Shown piece by piece: positions 41,993 through 52,224 of a stretch of DNA of 64,000 nucleotides; the first letter of the stretch is position 1; each line of letters starts with the position of its first letter. A program made the translations under genes and the position numbers. Below the pieces are notes generated by a model. It was not told the DNA's origin. It did not search any database and saw only the letters and a program-made list of their open reading frames with translations. The DNA comes from Daphnia carinata (lineage: Eukaryota), in contig NC_081332.1 in assembly GCF_022539665.2 (NCBI RefSeq), positions 3,906,001-3,970,000 of the forward strand. The letters run 5' to 3'.

Positions 41993-43494
41993 ATGATTAA
42001 AATAGGTAGTGTATTCTATGTCATGCGTTTCTGAACATTTTTTACTAACTACCAATTTTACATAATAGCTTTCTACTGGCTTGCCATTTGTTTTGTGAGC
42101 TTGGCTCACGCTTTGTATCCTTCCAGTTCAGAAGTCATTGAACTTACACCGGGCAATATTAATAAGCTTGTTATCAACAGTGATGAAGTGTGGGTTGTGG
42201 AATTCTATGCTCCATGGTGCGGTCATTGCAAATCACTCGTACCCGAGTACACAAAAGCTGCTTCAGCATTAAAGGTGTAGATGCCTATTTAACAAGTATT
42301 ATTGAATCAACTTACTTAATGTTTATTTGCATAGGGTGTTGTTAAAGTTGGAGCAGTTGATGCTGATGAACACAAGTCTTTGGGTGGTCAGTATGGTGTT
42401 CGAGGCTTTCCTACCATTAAAATATTTGGAAGCAACAAAAACAAACCAGATGACTTTAATGGCCAAAGAACAGCTCAGGGTATTGTGGAAGCTGCCTTAA
42501 AAGCTGCCAAAGAGAAAGTTGAGGGACAAATGGGAGGAAAAAAGAAAACTTCAAGCTCAAGCAAGGATGATGTAATTGAACTGACAGATGATAACTTCGA
42601 CAAACTAGTCCTGAAATCAGATGACATCTGGTTGGTAGAATTCTATGCCCCTTGGTGTGGTCATTGCAAAAATTTGGCTCCCCATTGGGCTCAAGCAGCA
42701 ACAGAGCTGAAAGGAAAAGTTAAATTAGGTGCCCTTGATGCAACTGTCCACACAGCAAAGGCTAGTCAGTATGGTATTCAGGGTTTCCCCACAATCAAGT
42801 TCTTTCCAGCTGGACCCAAAACCGTTTCTTCAGCGGAAGAATATGATGGAGGCCGGACAGCCAGTGATATAGTCACTTGGGCGTCCAACAAAGCTGCCGA
42901 AAATATTCCTGCACCAGAAATCAAGCAGTTGACTAGCGAAGATGTGATGAAATCTAACTGCGTCGAACATCCTCTTTGCATCGTTGCAATTCTACCCAAC
43001 ATTTTGGATTGCCAGTCAGATTGTCGTAATGGTTACCTGAAAACTTTGACTGCTCTTGGTGACAAGTACAAGCAGAAGATGTGGGGGTAAGCGTTTTATA
43101 AATTTTTAACGTTATCCCCGCATTGTGCATGTACTGTAATGAGTTTTTTTTTGTTTCATTGTTTGATAGGTGGGTCTGGTCGGAGGCTGGTGCACTGCCG
43201 GAATTAGAAGATGCTCTAGGTTTAGGTGGCTTTGGTTATCCTGCCATGTCCGTGTTCAGCTCGAAAAAGCTGAAATATTCCATACTGCGAGGATCGTTCG
43301 GGTATGACGGAATCAACGAGTATTTGCGAGACTTGTCTTATGGACGAGGTTCAACGTTCCCTGTCAAGGGAGCTGCTATACCTACCGTACAAACAATTCC
43401 TCCATGGGATGGAAAGGATGGACAGCTTGAAGTAGAAGAAGAAATCGATCTATCCGATGTTGACTTAGACGATTTAAGCAAAGACGAACTTTGA
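41993..43494 (+). CDS. PDIA6: Protein disulfide-isomerase A6 (P5/CaBP1)
   Basis: Signal peptide, two [12 protein letters not shown] thioredoxin sites, GGFGYPAM, and an acidic tail ending in KDEL. Confidence 0.96.
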
Positions 43495-44378
43495 AAGTCT
43501 CAGCATGCACATCGGTGCATCCTTTACTCGAATCCCATTTTCACGACCTCGGTGGGAGATGCTTGTTGAATCCTGATCGTAATTATGTTTCAAATTGATT
43601 TGTCATTCTTAAAATACATGTCATTTTTTTGACATTTGTCGCCATTAACTGCGGTAAGTCACATTTTTAAACAAATAAAGTTGGAAGAAAATCATTGGCT
43701 AACCTTCTAGTCCATAGGCACTTCAGCGTACGTAAATGACAATATCGTATCTCATGACGTCGTGGATAACATATCATGTTAGAAGCGTCGAGCGTCCTTT
43801 TTGTATGTGTAGCAAAAGTAGGAAACATTTTATCAGAAAGAACTACGAAGCCACATGGCGCCTAAGCAATGTCGCAATTAAGACGTCAATTTTAAATTGA
43901 GAACTTTGGATGTTTAAGAAGAATTTTTTGTCAATATGCTGTGATGTGGGTACCTAGAAGGACACCGGAAATGGTAACTTATAGTGAAAAAGTACTTATA
44001 GTAAGAGAAAAATATCGTGATGGCAAAACATGAATAACATCAAGGAATTAAAAAAATTGGGGGCTGTCTTGTAGATGTCCGCAAAAGTATTGAAAAAAAA
44101 CATTCTTGGGAATCCAAAATTCATTGAAGTGATTCAGTAAATTTGTCTATCGGGGATCTTACATGCGACTAGATCTCTCGTAGAACGTCTACTTCAATCG
44201 ATTATCCCAACTACAAGTCGACGACAGCCTTGTTTGGTAGCAGACGAACAATACAATTATTGTTTTACGTGGAAGTATGTTTTAAGTGTAGTCACTACTA
44301 CTTCATGACACCATACCATTAGAAGGAATTCGTATATTCTGACCGGGAAAGGAAAAAAAGGCAGGAAAGAAATCAGTG

Positions 44379-45068
44379 ATGATGCTCCGCAATGTTTTTA
44401 ACGTCGGCAGGTTTCTGTCTAGCACTCATTGTCGGCCAATTCGCCCATTACTTTCCATGAGTAAGTTTTAACATTTCTACTGTGACTTTGCCAAAAATTA
44501 TCTCAAAACACTTCCCATAGGGTGTCTTTCTATGCAACAATGTGGATCTCCAAACATTTTTGGGCAAATAACTCCAAACCTCCTTGTCCCACTGATGCCG
44601 AAAATAAGCCCAACCACCTATGAAAAAAATGAAGGAAAAAATATTCTTGACTTATGGAAAGTGCCTCAGCATCTACCAACATCATCATCATCATCATCAT
44701 CACCAATTAGTAGCCCAGATAAACCACAGGTGGAAAAGCAAGCTGCACGGATGATCGTTATTAGACGGAGGAAAATGAAAAAGCACAAGCTGAAGAAGCT
44801 AAGAAAAGTGAGGAAATTTGAATACAGAAGAATGGCTCTGAAACGAAAAACCAAAAAAGAAAAAGAATTTCAGATGAAACTAATGGCACAGGTCAAAGAA
44901 GCTGACAAATTTGAAGCCAAATCACATGTGGAGAGCATCATCAGGATAGCAAAAGAAGATCTGTTTAAAAAACAGCAACCTCATCCTACTTTCAAGAGAA
45001 ACCCATCATTGTATGACGAAAATGGTAACAGAATCCTTTTGAATAAACATTTATATGGAAGGAAATGA
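44379..45068 (+). CDS. AURKAIP1: Mitoribosomal protein mS38/AURKAIP1 (exons 44379-44460, 44521-45068)
   Basis: Arg/Ser-rich mitochondrial-type leader and the motif IRRRKMKKHKLKKLRK. Confidence 0.82.
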
Positions 45069-45126
45069 CAGATGCCTTTATAGATTTAAAAATTGGTAAT
45101 AAACTAGTTTGATGTGCAACTTTTAT

Positions 45127-45802
45127 TCATTCTTTTTTATCCCTATCAAAATTGAATCTAAAACTATTTTCTGGCAGCTGAAAGTTGAGTTTTTGTTTCT
45201 CCTCTGCAACAGCTGGGTGGGATTTCCTCATAAACTTTCCAGTACTTGTTGAAACCGTTGCAATAGCAGCATTTTCTAAACCTAAAATTGAATGCTGTTT
45301 AAGAAGACTTCCCCACGTTAACTAAACATGATGACTCTGAATATACCTAAAGGAATTTTTCTTTTTTCTAATTCCATTTTTTTTCGATAATCTCCAAGAC
45401 TGATTTTCATAATACATCTTTTTTTCACTAATAACTCATGGGGATTTTCAAGGATAGCAACATCCTTTCTAATTGCATCCACTGAAAAACAAAATGATTT
45501 TTATTTTTTAGCTTGTTGAAACAGCTTGAAAATAGAACAAAAGAATCAACTTTGTTTGGATGTCAGCTTCTTGGCATTTAAGGACAATTTGAGTTGGTGA
45601 ATACACCAAGCTAATTCTTCGTCATTTATTCTAGTCTGTTCGTCAGACATGGATGAACTTGGCACCGGAGTTTCTACAACCTGCCTTGCAAGTGCAGGAG
45701 GCTTTTTACCCACTGCCTTTAACATTGTAATGGAAATAACATTAAGAAGCTAAGAGGAAAGACACAAAATACCTCGCGTACTGGCAATCGTTTAGGCGGC
45801 AT
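45127..45802 (-). CDS. C8orf33: UPF0488 / C8orf33-like protein (4 exons)
   Basis: Manual translation gives ELAWCIHQL, LVKKRCIMKISLGDYRKKM and the terminal FRFNF. Confidence 0.78.
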
Positions 45803-46463
45803 GATCGTCTTGGTTCTATTCGCCTATTTCGGTTTTTTAATTTCCCAATAGGGACTATGACGAGATAGAAAAGCAACGCTTTCGGATAATTAAAGCTTTT
45901 CTCTTGACCCTTACAAATTTGTGAGATTTTTAGCAGCTTCTCTTCAGAGTACCTCGTTATCCTTGTTGAAAACTTCTAATCAAGCTGATATTAATTTATA
46001 GCAGGTAAGGTTGCAGATAATTTCATTTTCGACTTTCGTGTTTACAAATATTACAATAGCGTTTCTGTGTAAAACAGCTGAAATGAACATCAATGATGCG
46101 GTTTCCCCCAATAGATGGCAATCCATTATGCCCCCCCCCACCCAAAAATAAAAAATCGGCCTTCGCTCTGCAGAAATATTCGGTGAGGTGCATCTAGACA
46201 ATTAATTAGAAATGTGACCGGTAGATGGAGAAAACAGGAAAAAATTTTTTAGGGTATAACGGATAGCCATACGCCTATGGCAATCCGTTTTATATGGCAA
46301 TCCGTTTTACATAAAAAAAAAAAAAAAATGGCGGAAAAAAAATAAAAAATCGCACTTTTTTCTTTTTTTCCGACACGTAGCCATCTACCGCTCAGACTCA
46401 TTATTTCTGGCGTAGGCAATTTCATTCCATTGGATGCCATTCGCAGTTAGTTCAGTAGCGTGG

Positions 46464-48086
46464 ATGGAGAATAACGCGTGGCTGGAGGAACAATTGAAAA
46501 ATGGATAAGATAATACAACAAAAGGATGGTAAGTATAAACATTATTATATTTGTTTTGAATTATTAATTATTGTTTATGAGATCAAATTATGGACCAGCA
46601 GGCTCAATTATTGCAACAGCACAAAATATTAGATAACAGCAAAGCTAAGGATGGTAAGGCCTAATACATAATGATTCTATTTATTTGCTTTTATTCATTT
46701 GTGTTTTGTAGCTCAAAGTTTGAGTCTACAAGCTCAGCTAGGGGAAAAGAACAAATTGGAACGGAACAGTTTCCAAACAGTGAAGGAGGTTTTTCCAAAC
46801 TCAAACCTAACTGAACATGAGGATGAATTGGCATTAGGCGAACACAGTCAGGTACCTAAACTTTTCAAATAAGAATTCAAAATAAGTATAGAATTTTAAC
46901 GAACAATTATTTATTGTTTAGTTATTCAGTCTACCACCTGACAGTGTGTTAAATTTAAATTCTGTTAGTGCTGCACAAAAAGAATCGTTAGTAATAAGCC
47001 CATGCAGTGAAGGAAGTGAACAATTGTGGGACCGTATTTGGGCCGAAAATGGGTGTGGTACGGAAACCAAGATATGGCACAAGTTCAACATGAAACATGG
47101 ATTAGGTACTTTTCGATTTTATGTCTATTGAAAAAGTATTTTTAATGCTATTATTTTGCATTCACAGAATTTAATGGGGGATCAAATCAAGTCTGGAAGT
47201 GTTACAGGATGGAAGAGTCAGCCTACAGATGAAAAAACACTGGGAGTGCATTACCATTAAGGTATGAGGTAAAGTAATAGAGTATGCACATTGTCTAATG
47301 TGTTTATTTTATTAACAATTCAAAAGATTAATCCTAGTTTCAGCCAAACATGAAATAATCCAGAGAAGTACCATTTTGTGTTAATAAATCCAGTACAACA
47401 GCAATCCTTTATAGTTCTGTCACAGCTAGAAACCTCAAATAATTCTGTTTCTCTGTCTAAAGAACAACTTGTCCTTTACGTTCAGAGTGTTGGGGAAACT
47501 GGGTACTTAAATGGCCCTAAAGATGTTTTAATTTTGCTGCCATTGCAGAGATGAACATCATACATGGACTCTTTAGGTATGAAAGGATTTTTCTTCAAAT
47601 AATTTTGAATTTATGACGAAGAATTTCTCCTCCTTTTTGCCAACCAGGTCTAATCTACCAAAAAAAAATTTATCCAATAGGAAAGGATTTTCATGTACTG
47701 GGAACACAACTATCAACAATGCAACATTGTACAGGTGCTAGTTTATCATTCAAGAGCCTTATACAATGATGTTAATCTGCAATTTGTATGTCCTTCCCCA
47801 AGCTTCCACCAGAAGTTGAATCTATGAGTCATGTAAGTTACATGATCAACAGTTGATATGTTTAATGGTGTTGTTTTTCTTTTCTCAATATAGGTTAATA
47901 GTAACATTGGATCTGAAAAAATTCTTGGTTGGGGCAAGACACTGAATAAATTGTATTGATTGGATGGATGACATGACATTTCTATACTTAATTTGGATTC
48001 CCCAGACGGTATTTGATATTAAAAAAATTGAAGTGCATATCTGGGCTCCCTTCTTTTCTGAAGCCCCGTTTCCCCTTGACTCGTAA
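46464..48086 (+). pseudogene. Frameshifted multi-exon gene of unknown family (paralog A), with a coiled-coil-like N-terminus and C-terminus ...KKIEVHIWAPFFSEAPFPLDS*
   Basis: Regular short GT-AG introns and several open exons, interrupted by single-base frameshifts. The last exon (47894-48086) is homologous to the last exon of the minus-strand gene at 52166-52366. Confidence 0.6.
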
Positions 48087-48416
48087 TAAGCCCGTAGGGG
48101 GTCATGCCCCTACTGTACGGTATATATAAAAACATCATATACCGAGGTTTGGAGGGCTCTGGCCGGAAAGGGGACGTGGGGTGCCGCTTAGTCCGATGAT
48201 GTGTTCACGGAGGGCGATGTGGCTACCCACAAATCCGAACTAAAGGTTAATCGCTCCTGTAAAAATGTTCCAAATCTTCAGCTCTTCTTCCGGCTTCTCT
48301 TAGCCAATCACCGGGTAATCTCCCCGGTGGGTCAACAAGGCAGTGTCTCCCCCTGCCTGGGTTGACGGCAACTTTTGAAAGGGCTATTGTGCCTTTTTAA
48401 AGTTGCAAAAATAATT
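48028..48416 (+). repeat. Left copy of a roughly 390-bp GC-rich inverted repeat (last codons plus structured 3' region of paralog A)
   Basis: Reverse complement of 51836-52224; 9 substitutions counted by eye and no indels seen. Confidence 0.95.
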
Positions 48417-48722
48417 GTGATGTGCAGAGAATTGTCAATAAATTTTTTTTTATAAAATTTTTGTGCAAAATTTGTTGCCTTCATTGTCTGTGTCATACAT
48501 CACTACATTCATTACATTTCTCAACTTTTTTTTTATTCAGCTTGCTCAATTCACCTTTATTGTTTTGGCCACCTTTGATGGTAAGTATTGTTTCCATTGG
48601 TTTATCGTTTATCTGTAAGTATTCAATTATTAATTATTACACTCTTTGAATTCTTCAACTTAGATTCAAGGAACATAGTGTTTTCTAATTTTCTGAAGTA
48701 TTTTTGTATTTGTTTTATTTTA

Positions 48723-48791
48723 CTCGCATGGGAACTGATCCCCAGACTTTCAGCGTGCAACGCCGATGCTCTAACATTGAGCCACGAGATA
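48723..48791 (-). pseudogene. Degenerate tRNA-Ala(TGC)-like unit
   Basis: D-arm GCTC-AATGTTA-GAGC, anticodon arm TCGGC-GTTGCAC-GCTGA and T-arm TGGG...CCCA. The acceptor stem and T-loop are defective. Confidence 0.55.
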
Positions 48792-48889
48792 TATCTAAAT
48801 CTTCTTATTATCCCATATACTGTGTTATCGTCTAGGCTGTTTGTGCAGTCTTGCACAACTATATGCTTATCTTTCTACATTTTTCATAA

Positions 48890-48956
48890 GGTCCATAGAT
48901 CTGTGGTAGGGTGTTTAGGTGCGATGCCTGTTACCCTGGGTTCAAACCTCAAAAGA
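48890..48956 (+). pseudogene. Highly degenerate tDNA-like unit (A box and B box)
   Basis: TAGATCTGTGG followed about 30 nt later by GGTTCAAACC. Confidence 0.3.
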
Positions 48957-49077
48957 TGTAAATAATTACAACAGATTGAATGTGGAAAAGAATATTGCAG
49001 AATTGCATTTCAATTTTATTCTAAGTGTAAATGTAAGTCCGTAGGTAACAAGAAATATTCGTTAGTTCCTTATGAGT

Positions 49078-49146
49078 TCATGGTTGGAATAATGGTAAAG
49101 CATGTGGGTGTCATGCTGGAATACTAGGGTTCGATCCCCATGTCAG
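49078..49146 (+). pseudogene. Degenerate tDNA-like unit, possibly derived from tRNA-Asp(GTC)
   Basis: A-box-like TGGAATAATGG, a central TGTCA, and B box GGTTCGATCCC at tRNA spacing. Confidence 0.4.
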
Positions 49147-49291
49147 TTAATGTGTGGTTAAACAATAAATACAAAACTAAATAGTGTAAAATAGTTTTTA
49201 TTGTCCCTCCTTCCACCCACATATCCACCACTTTACATACATTTTAATACAATATACAAAATACAATACATACACAAATACATACAACTAA

Positions 49292-49604
49292 CTCGTTGGC
49301 TGCCACGCCACCATATTCTACAGTTGCTACTGTCGCTATCGAAGGGATAGCGACCAAGGGGGCCGGGTAGGCCGGGCTGAAACGACGATGAGACCTTTCC
49401 GGGAATGCACACCCCAGGTCTACATCGCCGTCTCGTTCAAGGGAATTCCCTATGGTGCATTGCCTAAAGGGCCGTTCGGCCAATCTTGGGCAGTGGCGCT
49501 GCTCCACCCCATGGCAGATAGACCATGGAGCAGAACAGCGCGGCCCGTCCCTGTCAAGCTACAAAAAAAAAGGGGATCAAGGTGGGTGGGTGGCAGCCAA
49601 CGAG
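49292..49604. mobile_element. 313-bp MITE, piggyBac-like
   Basis: Perfect 15-bp TIRs CTCGTTGGCTGCCAC / GTGGCAGCCAACGAG, extending imperfectly inward. Flanked by CTAA (left) and TTAA (right). Confidence 0.7.
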
Positions 49605-49691
49605 TTAATTAGATTAGCATTACATAATACGAAACAAAACAAAACAATACCACGACGAGGTGAACACGAGGTGACGAAGGGGTGGTAGGAG

Positions 49692-49932
49692 AGGCGAAGA
49701 CGGCGCGACCACGAGGCGATGACGGAGCGACGGGCAAGGCGAAGACGGGGCGACGGGCGAAGCGAAGACGGGACGACGGACGAGGCGAAGACGGGGCGAT
49801 GGGCGAGGCGATGGCGGGATGACGGGCGAGGCGAAGACGGGTCGACAGGCGAGGCGAAGACGGGTCGACAGGCGAGGCGAAGGCGGGGCGACGGGCAAGG
49901 CGAAGACGGCGCGAACACGAGGCGAAGACGGG
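49692..49932. repeat. Minisatellite, about 10.5 copies of a 22-23 bp unit, consensus AGGCGAAGACGGGGCGACGGGCG
   Basis: Direct tandem periodicity is visible, with strong purine skew. Confidence 0.9.
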
Positions 49933-50399
49933 CCATATAACAACATTTTGCACGATGTTCCACGATGATCTCCTACAGGCCGCTGCTTATTTACTATTCG
50001 GCATTCCATCACTTTTTTTCATTTTGCTGTCATGGCGTTACCTAAATAACAAACAACGATATTACAATATTACACTTGAACGGGCAAATGGAAACTTACT
50101 TTTAGATGGCTTGAGAGAGTTAATACTCAGAGATCAGAATCTTGAAGATCTTTTTACATGGGAAAGAAAAGGAAAATGCCCTAGCTCTAAACGATAGAAG
50201 TAAAACCAACTGTTAATTTTTGGAAATAAAACATTGTTGGTGAAACTATAACAGATATGGCTATTTGACTTACAGCTGTTACTCGAAGACTAAAAAGATA
50301 GTGGGGCCAGGAATTACGATGAAGAAAGTAAAGACTTGGCAGTCCTACAAAAGGATATTAAATGTAAAGAAAAGTCATATTAGACTAAGAAAGAAACTT

Positions 50400-51300
50400 A
50401 AAATACCACAAGAAAATGGTTTTGGGGTCCATGTCTATGTGTGTTGGTTTGTTAGGTAGGAATGGCAGGAAGACGCTGGATGCTGAAACGGTGGTAATTT
50501 TTGTTGGCCACACGACACAGAGGTATAAACCACCTTTGCCAGATCCGAACTGATAGTTGCTGAATGGATAAAGTGCTGCAAAATCAGACGAAGATATTCA
50601 AATGATAACACTTTTGCCACTGTCACAACCTCTGTACTTTGTAAATAAAGTTTCATGAGCTATTCCTTGAAAGTAGAATCATACTAATTGGATTCTAGTA
50701 TCAAAATGTAAGCCTTATACCTTTAAATGAGTAATCTTATCACATGATTGAACGCAAAAGCCAGAATATGCTGCCAGGCTTTGTGTTTGACAGCTGGCAT
50801 AGCTGATCTCGTTAAAAATAAGAAATCTATTTCATCTGGTTGACTTCCAAAACACAATCAAAACACTTCACCGTCGGTAGCATAACGTTTTTCGAATCTT
50901 CTGTTGTATATTAACACAGTTAACAAACATTCGGCCGGATTTCACTTATCATGCGTTCTAACTGAACAAATTAATTGCACAGCAGCGTCATCTTGTTTTT
51001 TAATTTAGAATCAAGACGCGAATTTTCTTAAGAATTCACTTATTTTTTTAATGCGTGAAAAAAAATACTGCTGTGAACACGTCCATTCTGTTTCTAAAGC
51101 GAAAATTCACGTCCTTCCACCCCCAACAAGTGTGACTAGTACTTGTAGGCTGCGGCTTTTTAGACGAGGATAGCGATTCTACATTTTTTCTCTAAAATTA
51201 GAATTACCATTTCTTACCTGCTGTTTTTGCATATAAAGAACCGCACAAACTCACCACATCGTTCTCTTCCGATTTGAAAATGAATAATACAAAATGGGAA
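50400..51300 (-). pseudogene. Decayed exon-like fragments of an unknown gene
   Basis: Several GT donors and short reading frames (e.g. TSHTCWGWKDVNF) interrupted by stops. Confidence 0.25.
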
Positions 51301-51835
51301 AATTAAGTAAAAAAACACATAACACCAGATAATCAATTGGCAGCCGTATAATATGATTCAAAAGCATTCACAACAGCATCCGCGCACATAATAAGTACGC
51401 TAATGTGTATGCCTGTTTGCTGTTAGTGTCAATGACCATTTCACGAAGAAAATTTGAAAACAACGGTCGACACAGAAATCTCTTAAATGGGTTAACACAA
51501 TCAAACGATTGTGGGCAAAGGAAAATTAAAAGGCGCTAAATTAGCCAAAAAAGTGAATGTTAAGATGTGGGAGACAATGCAAAATATTACGGGTTTCAAT
51601 GAAAGTTACAACGTTCAGAAAAGCGGAAGACAAATAGAGCGAATCAATTGAACGTTTCTGTGATTTACGTTGGTGTCCGTGATAAGATAAGACATTTTCA
51701 AATCGATCGAAAAAGCCAAATTCATCTTTGATTGTAACGGAAAACTGCATATGTAGCGAACTTAAGAAATTTTTTAGCTACAATTTGGGAAAGCTATTCA
51801 CATCTATCATACACAATACTACCTTCACATACTTG

Positions 51836-52224
51836 AATTATTTTTGCAACTTTAAAAAGGCACAATCGCCCTTTCAAAAGTTGCCGTCAACCCAGGCAGG
51901 GGGAGACACTGCCTTGTTGACCCACCGGGGAGATTACCCGGTGATTGGCTAAGAGAAGCCGGAAGAAGAGCCGAAGATTTGGAACATTTTTACTGGAGCG
52001 ATTAACCTTTAGTTCGGATCTGTGGGTAGCCACGTCGCCCTCCGTGAACACATCATCGGACTAAGCGGCACCCCACGTCCCCTTTCCGGCCAGAGCCCTC
52101 CAAACCTCGGTATATGTTGTTTTTATATATACCGTACAGTAGGGGCATGACCCCCTACGGGCTTATTACGAGTCAAGGGGAAACGGGGCTACGGAAAGGA
52201 AGGGAGCCCAGATATGCACTTCAA
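51836..52224 (-). repeat. Right copy of the roughly 390-bp inverted repeat (last codons plus structured 3' region of paralog B)
   Basis: Reverse complement of 48028-48416. Confidence 0.95.

Noticed and set aside
48030..48410. SECIS element explaining in-frame TGA codons in the paralogs
   Set aside because: The ATGA near 48196 lacks a correctly spaced AA and GA quartet, and the genes also have frameshifts and TAA/TAG stops.
48030..48410. Hammerhead/HDV ribozyme, 7SK, RNase MRP, group I intron or telomerase RNA
   Set aside because: Only isolated fragments match (CTGAAGA in one copy, GAAGTG, ACGGGGCT, GACTAAG). The required partner motifs are absent.
49692..49932. CRISPR-like array
   Set aside because: The units are contiguous with no unique spacers, there are no cas genes, and the context is eukaryotic.
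49577..50012. Minus-strand Pro/Arg/Ser-rich ORFs
   Set aside because: They result from translating the minisatellite.
48028..52224. Endogenous densovirus, DIRS element or DGR template/variable repeat pair
   Set aside because: No NS1, RT or recombinase ORF lies between the repeats, and the substitutions are not adenine-specific.
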